In this document: positions 25,947-36,050 of the stretch, one piece after another
Position numbering within the stretch: the first letter of the stretch is position 1
Layout: each line of letters begins with the position of its first letter
IMG/VR virus record: IMGVR_UViG_3300025778_000010
Location: 44,357 to 108,356 of that record
Origin: a virus
Direction: 5' to 3' (one strand)
Length of the DNA: 64,000 nt
Notes under the pieces: generated by a model
Database searches by the model: none
What the model was told of the DNA's origin: nothing
The model's input: the letters and a program-made list of their open reading frames with translations, nothing else
Program-made: the position numbers and the translations under genes

Positions 25947-26859
25947 TTGCGTTTAGATTCCTTTAACTTTTTATTTCTGTTAGACCAAGCAAGCTTTTGT
26001 AGTTTTTCAAGCTTTCTATACTCATCTAATGGTGGACATTCATTACACCAGTGAAAACTAGTTGCTTGCCAATGCCCCCGCTTTACCGCACACATTTCAT
26101 AAGTCATTACTTATGCTCCTTTGATATATGATTATTTAAAGTATGATGTGCAAACCCAGAGCGTACTTCTACCTCCCGTTTGCATTCAGGACATATTACT
26201 ATCCTAGCCATTTTCTTTTTGCTCCTTTACCCAAGCATCTCCTGCCATCTCTTCATAGCAATCGCCACATATCTTTTGATCACCCAGCATCATATAACGC
26301 TTTCTGAGGCTTTTGCAATATGGGCATCTATTATAAGTCCCGCTCATTTTTTAGTCGCTATCGCCCAAATTGCAGTAGCAATCATTGCAATTACTCCAGT
26401 TCCCCAAATTCCAAGAACAATTCTATACCACACAATTCCTTGCAGGAACCCTTTATCTCTTGTGTCGTAACCCATTAGTAACCACCTAAACAATTAATAG
26501 ATTTAGTATGTCTTGTGTATTGCATCAGATATTCTGATTTACTTGGAGCATAAAAGTCTTTACCACAAGCCCCGCAATTACCTGACCATTCTTCTTCAAA
26601 GAAGTTATATGTCATGATCTTAATGCGTGGATTTGTAGTTACTGGCGATGTCTTTTTTTGTTTCCGTATTTGTTCTCTACGTCTTGTTTGCATTTGTCTA
26701 CAATCGCTTTCGTTAGTAGTTCAATACGACGGGAAGATTCAAGAGCACGTATATCATCCCAGTCCATAGGATCTTCTTGTTGGTTCATACTGTATTATAT
26801 CAATCAGTGTTGTGTTTTGTCAATAGGGTATTCATCATCAAACTCTTTTTCATTTATCA

Positions 26860-27294
26860 TTAATTAATCCATTCATCAAACAATGTATATTCTACATCAT
26901 CATCTTCTAATTGTAAATATCTAATTTCATCAATAAAATTATATTTTAAAGCAGCTTTTAACATTTTGTCTGACGAGCTACCTTCAACTGGATAAGATGA
27001 AAAATAAACAATGTAATATGCGTTAGCGTTTACTTTTTTTAATAATGCTCCATTAGCAATTGCTTTTTTAACATTATCTGTTCTCTTAGCCCCTGGACGC
27101 TTTTTATCGCCTTCTGCCCCGCCTTTTGCTTCAATATAATGGCCATAGTCGCCAAAAAAATCAACTTGAATGCCAATTTCAGGAATATCAAAATTCTTTT
27201 TTAAATCAATATATTCACGATTAATTAAATCTTTATATACTAAGTCTTCAAACTTATCGCCAGATCTTTTAGATTCGGCTTGAAAGTCAATCAT
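26860..27294 (-). CDS. PD-(D/E)XK restriction-endonuclease-like protein
   Basis: GDKFE...QVDF...IEAKG. Confidence 0.65.
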   Translation of the reverse strand: MIDFQAESKRSGDKFEDLVYKDLINREYIDLKKNFDIPEIGIQVDFFGDYGHYIEAKGGAEGDKKRPGAKRTDNVKKAIANGALLKKVNANAYYIVYFSSYPVEGSSSDKMLKAALKYNFIDEIRYLQLEDDDVEYTLFDEWIN

Positions 27295-27592
27295 TCTTCT
27301 CCCAGTAAGGTATCCCGTTTTCATCATAATCAGAACCAAGTTTATCAAACAATTCTGCATTTTCGTACATTACTTTTTGTATACTAGCTTTCATTAAATC
27401 CATTTTTTTAATATGCCAATTATCCTCAACTGGAGGCTTAGGGTATATTTTTGGGTTGATTTCATATAGTAACTGCCATAGTACTAAACAATCGTCGTGC
27501 TTCCACCATAAGTCGCAGGTGTAATCTTTAATCTGTGGACACAACAAATATCTGTCCAAAATTAACTGAACAATATCTTCTTGATCTTTCAT
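27287..27592 (-). CDS. hypothetical protein
   Basis: 101 aa; -10 element just upstream. Confidence 0.55.
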   Translation of the reverse strand: MKDQEDIVQLILDRYLLCPQIKDYTCDLWWKHDDCLVLWQLLYEINPKIYPKPPVEDNWHIKKMDLMKASIQKVMYENAELFDKLGSDYDENGIPYWEKND

Positions 27593-27714
27593 TAGGCTAT
27601 CCTATCAGATAGGTGACAATTTTGTCAATTATTTCTTATGTTTATTAGCATTATGACATTTAAAAGATAAAGCCATAATAACAAGCATACTAAAATACAT
27701 TAATAAGCATTGCA

Positions 27715-28089
27715 TTAGATTTCCCCCTCATCTTCTTCTTTGAGGACTCTAATGTCTTCTCGAAGATCCCTTACGGCTTCTAGAATTTCTTCCGTCATCC
27801 AGTTGGTCTCTTTTGTATTGCTTAATGTTTTTCTAGATATTTTCTTTTCTGCTTCGCCTTCACGATTACTTGAAGACAAAATAAGTGCTGACAATATAAT
27901 AGCTTCTAAACTTAAAATCATAGTTAAAAGCCCATATGGAAAGGGTTCTACTTTAAACCCTATCCAACAACCCCACCAAACAGCGTGAATAATAAGAAAC
28001 CAAGGGCTTGCGGACGTTTCTGCTGTCCAGTCTGCCAGTTCCTCTATTCTTTTTTCAAATATTCTAAAAGAGTGCTTGATTTTTTTCAT
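27715..28089 (-). CDS. DUF1003 membrane protein
   Basis: SPWF..IH..WW...EPFPYGLLTMILSLEAI. Confidence 0.8.
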   Translation of the reverse strand: MKKIKHSFRIFEKRIEELADWTAETSASPWFLIIHAVWWGCWIGFKVEPFPYGLLTMILSLEAIILSALILSSSNREGEAEKKISRKTLSNTKETNWMTEEILEAVRDLREDIRVLKEEDEGEI

Positions 28090-28118
28090 GATATAGCAAT
28101 TATATCATGTTTAGTTAA

Positions 28119-28850
28119 TTAATTATAATTCTTTTTGTTCCAAAAACTTTTTTTATAATTATCTTCAGTTAATTTTGTTGCTTCATACCCCGATGAATCG
28201 TACTGACTATATTCTCTTGTAACAGATTTCCAATCTTTTCTTTTAAACGGAATGATTTGTATAAGAGGTGTACCAATTTCAAGCTTACCAGTAAATCCTT
28301 TTTTCATTAAAAATGGAAAATTGATTGGCATAGGATGAGTATCAGTATCAACAACTCCCGACATAGTTGTAAATGGCAAATCAAATCTATTTAATGGATG
28401 TGTAAATAAACAAGACCACCCAGGAGCTGTACGAATTATATTTAAATTACGCCATTTATAAGCCATTGGAACATACTCTGGTCCTGCTGCAAATCCTTGA
28501 ACTTGTCTACCATCATGACCTTGGATCATATCAATATCTGAGTTATGGCCAAATGTAAAGGTTTCTTCATCATAAGCTAATTCAATAGGAAGAGAGTAAA
28601 TATAACCAACACTCAATGCATCTAAAACTGGAATACACTTTTTAATTGTACCCATCGGCACTGAATTTAATTTAGGGCTTTTTTGTTTTTCTTCTTGAGT
28701 CACATCCACATTTCTAGCAATATTTTTATACCACTCGGGAATACTTTTTACTGCTGGTTTTGGTTGAGAATCAGAAAAAAAAGATGAAGGTGCAATTGGC
28801 TGAAAATGAATTTCGCCTTCTTTAATTTTATTTTGTTTGAATTTGAACAT
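28119..28850 (-). CDS. conserved aquatic-phage protein (DUF6065-like beta fold)
   Basis: PEWYK, TIKKCIP, GWSCLFTHPLNR, GVVDTD, GTPLIQIIPFKR. Confidence 0.65.
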   Translation of the reverse strand: MFKFKQNKIKEGEIHFQPIAPSSFFSDSQPKPAVKSIPEWYKNIARNVDVTQEEKQKSPKLNSVPMGTIKKCIPVLDALSVGYIYSLPIELAYDEETFTFGHNSDIDMIQGHDGRQVQGFAAGPEYVPMAYKWRNLNIIRTAPGWSCLFTHPLNRFDLPFTTMSGVVDTDTHPMPINFPFLMKKGFTGKLEIGTPLIQIIPFKRKDWKSVTREYSQYDSSGYEATKLTEDNYKKSFWNKKNYN

Positions 28851-29070
28851 TGCTCTTTGCTGATTCCGCTAGTGCAACTAATTCATTAAATTTAATCATG
28901 TATGCATTAATAACATATACTGTGTCATCAATAGCATTTTGAGCAGCCTTATCTTGCTCTGCTTCTTCGTAACGACCATTAATTGCCCAATGCTCTAAAA
29001 GCTCACCTGCAACCTGTGTTACTAAATCTTCTAATTGTTTAAAATGTAATGGAACTGAACCGTCTGACAT
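28828..29070 (-). CDS. hypothetical protein
   Basis: 80 aa coupled ORF. Confidence 0.55.
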   Translation of the reverse strand: MSDGSVPLHFKQLEDLVTQVAGELLEHWAINGRYEEAEQDKAAQNAIDDTVYVINAYMIKFNELVALAESAKSNVQIQTK

Positions 29071-29351
29071 TATTTACTCTTTCTATAATTATGGAATGGG
29101 TTAAATGTAAACATGCTTTTAACCCTTGCTTTCTTTTCATCTGATAGCCATTTATTTATATTTAATGAATAAACTGCAATATAAATTGTTGATCCAAAAA
29201 TAAATCCCCATTGCTTAGTGTTAATAGAATATGCTACCCATGCACACTCGTTTGCAATTCCCACCGCAAATCCGTACCATTTCTTTTTACCTGTAAGCCA
29301 AATTCCAATAACACCTAATATTGAAAGTGCCCACGATACCCACCATGCCAT
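29070..29351 (-). CDS. small PnuC-like membrane protein
   Basis: three hydrophobic helices, W.LS..GV.G.WL.G.K...GF pattern. Confidence 0.55.
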   Translation of the reverse strand: MAWWVSWALSILGVIGIWLTGKKKWYGFAVGIANECAWVAYSINTKQWGFIFGSTIYIAVYSLNINKWLSDEKKARVKSMFTFNPFHNYRKSK

Positions 29352-29380
29352 TTATATCACCTATTCTATTATACCAAAGA

Positions 29381-29402
29381 GGGTAGACTTTTGTCTACCC
29401 TC
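29381..29402 (-). terminator. hairpin terminator
   Basis: GGGTAGAC-TTTT-GTCTACCC. Confidence 0.55.
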
Positions 29403-29416
29403 CCCAGTTGTAATAC

Positions 29417-30445
29417 TTACTTAGTAAGTAATGGCTGACGAAAACGCTTAGCCAAAACATTATACTTGGCAAAAAGTGCCTTGTATGACTTATTTACTGC
29501 AGCAATTGCTGCGGTGTTTGTAGCATTATCTGCAGCGTGTGCTGCCTTTTCAACTGTAAGTGCAGTTGTTGCTGCATCCGACGCAGACTTTGCTGATTCA
29601 ATCTGTGCATTAAGTGATGCAATTTGTGCATTCAAAAATGTAATCTGACCACTTAAATCTGATACTGAAAATGTTGCAATAGCAGACTTAACTGCTGTTG
29701 GTAGGCCAACAGATGTTGCTGCAATTGATGAATCAGTTGCAAGGACTGTAACTGTACCCGCTGCTACTGCAGAAAGTGTACCTGTTGCTGAACCAAGAAC
29801 TGTTACTGGTGTTACACCTGCTGCAGAAGTAACTGCAGAAGTTGTAAGAGTCTTTGTGATTGATGCATCAGAGAAAGTTGCACCAACAAGTGTTACAGAA
29901 ATGGCCTCAGACGCTACTGGATTACCAAATACGTCAGTTGCTAAAACTGAAATTGTAGGAGCAGTATTAACTGCTGCCGATGCTGGAACTGAAACTGCAA
30001 CGTTTGCTGCAACTCCTGCTGTTCCTTGAATATAGACAATTGTTGAATATGAACCGTTTGTAATGGTTACTGATCCAACAGTTGTGCTTGTTGTATAAGC
30101 ATATACTGTTACGGCAACACCTTGAGATGTTAGTGAAAGTGATGATACCCCAGATGCTGAATTTACTGGAGCATTTGTTGTGTTAAGTGCTGAAACAAGC
30201 TTAACGCCTGAAGCAACATATGTTACAACAGTACCTGTATCTGCTGTAGAAGCAAGTGCTACTGTATTTGACGAATCAATTACATTTGATACTGGAACTG
30301 CTACTGTCTTTGGTGCTGCAGAAGTTGTTACGTTTGTTACTCCTGCTACTGTTACCGCAAGCGGTGTAGCGTGAGCAACGGTTGATACGCCTACGATTGC
30401 AAGGGCTGCAGCAGTTGCAATAGCGATCTTCTTTGTTACCTTCAT
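29417..30445 (-). CDS. secreted Ala/Thr/Val-rich surface-type protein with C-terminal coiled coil
   Basis: signal peptide ending VAHA; Ig-like beta-rich middle; basic amphipathic tail. Confidence 0.7.
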   Translation of the reverse strand: MKVTKKIAIATAAALAIVGVSTVAHATPLAVTVAGVTNVTTSAAPKTVAVPVSNVIDSSNTVALASTADTGTVVTYVASGVKLVSALNTTNAPVNSASGVSSLSLTSQGVAVTVYAYTTSTTVGSVTITNGSYSTIVYIQGTAGVAANVAVSVPASAAVNTAPTISVLATDVFGNPVASEAISVTLVGATFSDASITKTLTTSAVTSAAGVTPVTVLGSATGTLSAVAAGTVTVLATDSSIAATSVGLPTAVKSAIATFSVSDLSGQITFLNAQIASLNAQIESAKSASDAATTALTVEKAAHAADNATNTAAIAAVNKSYKALFAKYNVLAKRFRQPLLTK

Positions 30446-30503
30446 GTTTTTCCTATCTATTTAGTATCCCTGTACAGGATAATGGTTGATTATACAACCA
30501 ATT

Positions 30504-30677
30504 CTATTTGTCAATTGGAGTGGGTGCTGTTAATAAAGTGCCACACTCTGAGCACTGTGCACTTAGCTTATAGAATACCAGCTCGTAAGTATCCTTGTCA
30601 AATTTTGCAGTAATATTAAATAAATCTGAAGAACATTCTGGACATTCTGCAGTTGGTATTCCTCTAACATCTAGCAT
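30504..30677 (-). CDS. small zinc-finger protein (57 aa, not in ORF track)
   Basis: CPEC...CSEC. Confidence 0.6.
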   Translation of the reverse strand: MLDVRGIPTAECPECSSDLFNITAKFDKDTYELVFYKLSAQCSECGTLLTAPTPIDK

Positions 30678-31219
30678 TATTTTTTAACTTGTTTCTGTTG
30701 TTTAACAATCTGAAAAGGTCCAGACGTATAAATATCATTGTTAGCAGCAATTTCTAGAGCTTTTTCTACACTTGCTCCAGCGTACAACGCACCAATAGCG
30801 ATTTGTGAACCTGATCCTACACCATAAATGCCGTCGCTATTCAGCAAAACACTAAAATCATTTCCTATATCAAATATCTCTCCGTCAAATGCAAAGAGCA
30901 TATTAAACCCTGAATCTTTTTCTTCTTTATCTTCTTTCCACCCGTACTCTTCTAAGCATTCTTTCATGGCTGGAATAAATTTAACAACCATAAAACGATA
31001 AAGATTTTCTCTTTCCTTTACGGTAGGAACTGGTGGTACAAAAACATGTTGCAATATATCACAAGGTTGTGAGTCACCGCTACCAGCAATCATCCAACCA
31101 TTATTTTTGGTAATCTTCTGCATGCTGGCATGCATATTTGGACGGGCACCATCGGTAACTTGAGAGTCAGCTCCCATTGTGACATTACCATTTTTACATA
31201 CTGCAACAATAGTTGTCAT
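30677..31219 (-). CDS. HslV/proteasome-beta-like Ntn threonine peptidase
   Basis: M-TTIVAV N-terminal Thr, GADSQ, KI, AGSG, GVGSGS..A.GA. Confidence 0.8.
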   Translation of the reverse strand: MTTIVAVCKNGNVTMGADSQVTDGARPNMHASMQKITKNNGWMIAGSGDSQPCDILQHVFVPPVPTVKERENLYRFMVVKFIPAMKECLEEYGWKEDKEEKDSGFNMLFAFDGEIFDIGNDFSVLLNSDGIYGVGSGSQIAIGALYAGASVEKALEIAANNDIYTSGPFQIVKQQKQVKK

Positions 31220-31512
31220 TTACCTAGCTCCTCCAAAATTGCTTCAGCAGTACGTGATTCAATACGATCAACAATCTCTCCTCGCTTCATTGTAAAAATT
31301 TGAGGAATACTCTTGATTCCATAATATTCTACAGTAGATGAGTCAATTTTGTCAACATCTACCAAATAATAATTAGTTTCAGCATCAATTACGGATACTT
31401 TGCCGTAATGTGGTTTTAACTGTTTGCAGGGATTACACCAGTCTGCTGTAAAATAAACTACACATTCATCTTCAGCAATAAATTCGTTTACATCATTTGT
31501 AATTTTAAGCAA
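31216..31512 (-). CDS. thioredoxin
   Basis: YFTADWCNPCK, GIKSIP. Confidence 0.9.
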   Translation of the reverse strand: MLKITNDVNEFIAEDECVVYFTADWCNPCKQLKPHYGKVSVIDAETNYYLVDVDKIDSSTVEYYGIKSIPQIFTMKRGEIVDRIESRTAEAILEELGK

Positions 31513-32203
31513 TTAATTCCTCCGCTGAAATTGTTTTACCAACATAACGATGCTTAAGTATATAATCTCTTACAGACTCAGGACCATTTTGTCTTCCGCC
31601 AAGGATAATAACCCATCGTGGCTCAAATTTTTGATCAATACAGACCTGACACATATAGAGCATTACTCCATTAATTATATCGGATTTTTGTGGATGTAGC
31701 TCATTTTTTGATTTTCCACAGCTAAAGCACAGCATTATAGACCTTCCGTCTCATCAATATAACCTATTCCTATTTCATCTACTATATTAAACTCATCATT
31801 TGGCACTTCTACCAAATATTGAACACCGCCTTCAAAATATTCAATTAAAGATACCCAAGCACCATGTCTTTTTACAGTTCCATAGACATCTTCGTATGGA
31901 AGATATACGTAGGTGATTGAATCTTCAGCGTTGTCCCCGTCTTGCCCTTGCTTGCTCATCAGTGTATTTCATCCCTTCTATTTCGCATGGAGTCCCAAAT
32001 GCTTGAATTAATTCACGAACATGAAGTAAGTATTCCATGATCTGCATTCTTTGACTTTCGTTGTATTCCATAACATTACTTTCATAAACAGTTAAAGCAA
32101 GGTAGTTTGGTCTTGCTCTGACATCTAATATAAGATTTTTAACAGGACATTTAATTGCCCTAATCCTTTTAGCCATTTCAACTGTGTAAGATATTTTTGC
32201 CAT
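31505..32203 (-). other. three conserved small hypothetical genes (31505-31735 CxxC, 31735-31959, 31925-32203)
   Basis: overlapping co-oriented ORFs between whiB and trx. Confidence 0.6.
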
Positions 32204-32504
32204 GAATTTTCTTTAACTGACTCCATATTTCTGGGTCTTTGTGTGAGTTATTTTGTTTATCTATACGACCTAAGTCCATAAAAATACCGCCTCGTACACC
32301 AAACTCTTTATTTGCTACACCTTCTTTATGACATTGTTTAATTACTGGACAATGTAAACAAACTTGATCAATTTGTTTGGCAAGCTCTTTATCTGATTCA
32401 TAATCATCATAAAACCAATTAATTGACATATTTGTGCATGCTGCAAGGTGATACCATTTGATATCAACTTCATCAATTCCTAAATGACTAAATAAACCTG
32501 GCAT
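32178..32504 (-). CDS. whiB: WhiB-family Fe-S transcription factor
   Basis: W...AAC...C..CPV...C...G....EFGVRGG: four Cys plus G(V/I)WGG-like turn. Confidence 0.85.
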   Translation of the reverse strand: MPGLFSHLGIDEVDIKWYHLAACTNMSINWFYDDYESDKELAKQIDQVCLHCPVIKQCHKEGVANKEFGVRGGIFMDLGRIDKQNNSHKDPEIWSQLKKIHGKNILHS

Positions 32505-32718
32505 ACTTATCGCTAACCTTCCAAGTACCACGGTTAGTCATTTTATAATAAGTTGCGTATCCCCACTTACCTTTTCTAAACAAACCATTTGTTGCCATGT
32601 AACCATCAGGGTTTTGATTCCACTTTACTAAAGTATAACCGTCCCAAAAAAAATTGTTTTTAATATTTTTTTCTACAAAAGCATGTGCTTCTTCGTAGTT
32701 TAATTCAAAAGATGGCAT
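32488..32718 (-). CDS. hypothetical protein
   Basis: 76 aa, coupled to groES. Confidence 0.6.
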   Translation of the reverse strand: MPSFELNYEEAHAFVEKNIKNNFFWDGYTLVKWNQNPDGYMATNGLFRKGKWGYATYYKMTNRGTWKVSDKYARFI

Positions 32719-33026
32719 TAGTTGTTTTCCTTTACAACTCCAAGGAGATTTCTCCAGTTAATAAATTGATATTTTTCGCTATCATCATCTTCAACTTCTG
32801 TTGCATGATTATGAGAATAAATTACAGTGTCGCCTGGCTGTAAAGGGATATCATAATGATTGCCTGCATTATCATTATCCCCTGGACCTACTTTAACAAC
32901 TACGCCACGAGACAAATTTGATTCAGCTACAGTTGCAGCAATAACCAAACCTGATTTTGTTGTTCTATCTTCTTGTTTGTTTTCTTTGACAAGTACGAGA
33001 CTACCTAGCGGTTGAATCTGTGTCAT
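32718..33026 (-). CDS. groES: co-chaperonin GroES
   Basis: IQPLG..VLVK, TKSGLVI, GVVVKVGPG, PGDTVIY. Confidence 0.9.
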   Translation of the reverse strand: MTQIQPLGSLVLVKENKQEDRTTKSGLVIAATVAESNLSRGVVVKVGPGDNDNAGNHYDIPLQPGDTVIYSHNHATEVEDDDSEKYQFINWRNLLGVVKENN

Positions 33027-33090
33027 ATTTTTCCTTTGTTAGTAGGGACCTTATATTTATTGTATCATTTATAAAGATGGTTTGTCAAGC

Positions 33091-33459
33091 CTATTCTTTA
33101 ATAAATCTATAGGGAATTGCATATTCTTTTAAAAATTTTTCACACGTGTAAGTTCTTTCTGATGTTCCAAAAAGCAATACAAAATCAGCACCTTTTTCAA
33201 TTAATGTTAAATCATTTAAAGATGATTTAAGTTTAACTAATTCTTCTTTAATTGAATAACCTTTTTGACGCATGTATTTTTCTACTTTACCGATATACTC
33301 AGTAACCATGTTATCAGCACCTTGATGCCCGCCATGAACAAAAACGTGGGACTTATCATCTGGATAAAAATGTTTACGATCATCAAGCAATACTGTTATT
33401 TGACGCATTAGCTCGTTATAATCTGTATAGTTTTTACTACCAAATACTATTACTTTCAT
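33091..33459 (-). CDS. SLOG/YspA-like (DUF2493-like) protein
   Basis: MKVIVFGSKNYTDY...VHGG..GAD. Confidence 0.65.
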   Translation of the reverse strand: MKVIVFGSKNYTDYNELMRQITVLLDDRKHFYPDDKSHVFVHGGHQGADNMVTEYIGKVEKYMRQKGYSIKEELVKLKSSLNDLTLIEKGADFVLLFGTSERTYTCEKFLKEYAIPYRFIKE

Positions 33460-33477
33460 AATCTACCTTTCTGAAAC

Positions 33478-33505
33478 ACACAAGGACGGTTTCCCGTCCT
33501 TGTTT
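33478..33505 (-). terminator. hairpin terminator
   Basis: ACAAGGACGG/CCGTCCTTGT. Confidence 0.6.
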
Positions 33506-33527
33506 GAATATATACGTATATATTAGT

Positions 33528-34358
33528 TTACTTTGTAAATGGGCTAAATGCTCCACCCCAAAGTGATTTCTTCATTTCAGCCTTCTCATCTGCAGCAGTT
33601 TCCTTGGAATCTTCTTCCTTAGACTCTACTTCATCTGCAGCCTTTGTTACAGCTTGATCATCAGCATTATCTTCTGTGACCTCATCTGCTGATGCAGCCT
33701 TTTCGACCTTATCATCTTCTTCTGAAGCGTCAGCTTTGTCCATGTTGCACATATGAACTGCAGGCTTACCGCAATCTGGGCACATATCAGCCTTGTAGAC
33801 TCCTGCTCCGCCTGTTGAAACATCTGGGTTGATGTGTTCAGCTGCTGATGGGGTTACATCGCCTTCTGGACGTGTTTCTTGTGCAATTGTTGTAACTGCA
33901 TCTGGACGTGTTGCATTAGGAAGATCCTTTTGTACAGCGATATCGCCTTGTGGATCTGGTTCTGTTGTATTTGACACTATATTACCTCCTGTCCCATTAG
34001 TAGGGGTGTTTGTATTAAAATTCCCTCTAACATAATTTTCGACAGATCTTTCATCTGCCTCTTGATTTGCTGAAGATGATGTTCCAATTGCTTTTTCAAT
34101 AGCATCTTTAACATCATCAATAAACTTGGTTACCTTCCAATCTTTTGGAAGTAACTTTGCTGCATTTAATGCTTTAGCCCTGGCAATGATATGCTTTTTA
34201 GCTTCAGCATAATTTGATGCACGACCTATAGACTGGATAGCATTATGAAGATCGGTAGTATTTTCGATTGGAAAAGAACCGTCTGGAAGTGCATGACCTT
34301 TGTCTGCCAATTCCTTACGCTTCTTATCAGAGAATTCTCTTTTTTCTACTAATTCCAT
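33528..34358 (-). CDS. acidic putative internal head protein (N-terminal ALPDGSFPI domain)
   Basis: KRKELADKGHALPDGSFPIEN..DL.NAIQSIGRA...KKHII.RA domain; many hydrophobic-X-K-A sites. Confidence 0.6.
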   Translation of the reverse strand: MELVEKREFSDKKRKELADKGHALPDGSFPIENTTDLHNAIQSIGRASNYAEAKKHIIARAKALNAAKLLPKDWKVTKFIDDVKDAIEKAIGTSSSANQEADERSVENYVRGNFNTNTPTNGTGGNIVSNTTEPDPQGDIAVQKDLPNATRPDAVTTIAQETRPEGDVTPSAAEHINPDVSTGGAGVYKADMCPDCGKPAVHMCNMDKADASEEDDKVEKAASADEVTEDNADDQAVTKAADEVESKEEDSKETAADEKAEMKKSLWGGAFSPFTK

Positions 34359-34359
34359 T

Positions 34360-34596
34360 TTACTTTGATCCCGCCTCTGTTGTGGTGATGTTTCCTCCAG
34401 CATACTGTGGAGTGGTCATTGAAACATCACTTCCCTTAAAAGGAGATGCTACGCTCATAGAGCCAGGGTTATTAACTCCGAGATCTGTTTTTGCATCTGA
34501 ACGAAGGCCTGCCTCTGGACCTGCCTGCTCTGTAACTGGTGTTGCTGCAGCAGGTTGCTGCACTCCACCTTCCTTACCTTGTTGATTGTTATCCAT
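34360..34596 (-). CDS. small low-complexity protein
   Basis: AAGGGTGGTG SD. Confidence 0.6.
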   Translation of the reverse strand: MDNNQQGKEGGVQQPAAATPVTEQAGPEAGLRSDAKTDLGVNNPGSMSVASPFKGSDVSMTTPQYAGGNITTTEAGSK

Positions 34597-34618
34597 ATTT
34601 AAATCACCACCTTATAGG

Positions 34619-34951
34619 TTAATTGTCTGGAATTTCTTCTTCATCAAAAGAAAATCCTTGTCTAATTAATTCCTCTTTAGCTTTTTCTGTTAAGCTAAAT
34701 TGGGCATTTAGATTTTCATCATAAGATACTTCTAGTAAATCTCTTTGATATAAATCAATTAATGTTTGATCCATATCATCCATCATTACTTGGTGTAGTT
34801 CTGGCATAACTTCTTCCAAAACATCCATGTCAAACTTATAAAATGGCTCACCGTCTTCATCAATTCCGTCAATTTCTGCAGCACCTTCTGAAACAAGGTA
34901 CTCCATAATCTCTACGTGATCTTCATCAGATGGATCGTATTCCATTTTCAC
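34619..34951 (-). CDS. acidic hypothetical protein
   Basis: 110 aa, GAGG SD. Confidence 0.65.
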   Translation of the reverse strand: MKMEYDPSDEDHVEIMEYLVSEGAAEIDGIDEDGEPFYKFDMDVLEEVMPELHQVMMDDMDQTLIDLYQRDLLEVSYDENLNAQFSLTEKAKEELIRQGFSFDEEEIPDN

Positions 34952-34995
34952 TTCCTCATAACCTATTATACCTTATTTATTATTTATTACTTACG

Positions 34996-35068
34996 TGCCC
35001 TTGGCAGGAATCGAACCTGCGACGCAGACCTTAGAAGAGTCTCGCTCTATCCCCTGAGCTACAAAGGC
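34996..35068 (-). tRNA. tRNA-Arg(TCT)
   Basis: reverse-complement cloverleaf GCCTTTG...AGACT-CTTCTAA-GGTCT...GGTTCGATTCC. Confidence 0.92.
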
Positions 35069-35069
35069 G

Positions 35070-35142
35070 TACCCCAAGACAGATTCGAACTGTCGCTGTA
35101 TGGATTTTAAGTCCACTATCTCTACCGCTGGATTACTGGGGC
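35070..35142 (-). tRNA. tRNA-Leu(TAA), short variable arm
   Basis: GCCCCAG...GTGGA-CTTAAAA-TCCAT...GACAG-TTCGAAT-CTGTC. Confidence 0.88.
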
Positions 35143-35216
35143 AAATAGAAAAGGACCTATTTCTAGATCCTTTTGTAACATTTTTACGAAAGAAAAGAGA
35201 TGAAAGACCTTTGTAG

Positions 35217-35687
35217 TTACATTATAGTAGGCTTTAAAGTGCTTGTCAACTGCCATTGCCAGAATTTGTGTGCTTCTTGTCTTCCTGCAATAAAATTACA
35301 AATACCTTGCTCATCTAATTCATTTGCTACATCATATGTATGTTTAAGTTGGTCCATAACAATAATGTTTGTGTTAACTAATTCTTGAAGCATTTCACGA
35401 GCATTAAGATCAATTGAATCATTAATTTCTAATTCAGGGCTTAATTCTGTCCATGACTTTAATCCAAATGGAGCTTTTGCACCCAGCTTACGAATATTTT
35501 CTGCAATAGGATCAATTGACTCATATAAATCTTCATAAATCTTTAAGAAAAACTTATGATATTGTGGAAAGTTTGATCCTTCTACATTCCAATGATAACC
35601 GTGGGCTTGCACATAATGCTTAACCACCATTGATTTTAAAATTTTTAGTTCTTTAATTAAATCTTCATTAGTTGCCATGATTTCCAT
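35217..35687 (-). CDS. dps: Dps (DNA protection during starvation) ferritin-like protein
   Basis: HGYHWNVEG.NF...H.FF...Y......D..AE.IR.LG; H.K..W.L. Confidence 0.92.
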   Translation of the reverse strand: MEIMATNEDLIKELKILKSMVVKHYVQAHGYHWNVEGSNFPQYHKFFLKIYEDLYESIDPIAENIRKLGAKAPFGLKSWTELSPELEINDSIDLNAREMLQELVNTNIIVMDQLKHTYDVANELDEQGICNFIAGRQEAHKFWQWQLTSTLKPTIM

Positions 35688-35964
35688 CCTTTTTATGTAA
35701 TTCTGCTACCATATCCAACAAAATATCAGCGTCTGGTTTTTCTTTGTCATTATCTGTATACAAAGCTTTCAAAGTCTTTTCATCTTCTTTTCTTTGTGAT
35801 CCCTCGCCCATCATAATAAGCAACATTGCAACTGGAATAAATAATCCAATTGGAAAACTTGCCCACATGTGCGATACATTAAGAATTATTGCTGACATAT
35901 ATCCAGACATTCTGGCTGGGTACTTGTCTACATAAAAAGATATATGGTTAATGACTTTTTTCAT
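35668..35964 (-). CDS. small membrane protein
   Basis: two hydrophobic segments; probably leaderless. Confidence 0.55.
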   Translation of the reverse strand: MKKVINHISFYVDKYPARMSGYMSAIILNVSHMWASFPIGLFIPVAMLLIMMGEGSQRKEDEKTLKALYTDNDKEKPDADILLDMVAELHKKDGNHGN

Positions 35965-35984
35965 ATATCTAATTATACATTAAT

Positions 35985-36050
35985 ATGAGCAGTTTTGAAA
36001 AGGACATGCTCAGGTCCTTACCCTGCGACTCCCCGATGAAAGGGTGCAGT
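35985..36050 (-). ncRNA. candidate small RNA: hairpin plus pseudoknot (copy 2)
   Basis: own TGATATAAT -10 (36058-36066); GGAC-CTGAGCAT-GTCC loop pairs with downstream TGCTCA. Confidence 0.55.

Noticed and set aside
35070-35142. Suppressor tRNA or genetic-code reassignment
   Set aside because: Anticodon TAA reads TTA (Leu); short-arm Leu(TAA) tRNAs occur in Actinobacteria; long genes are intact in the standard code
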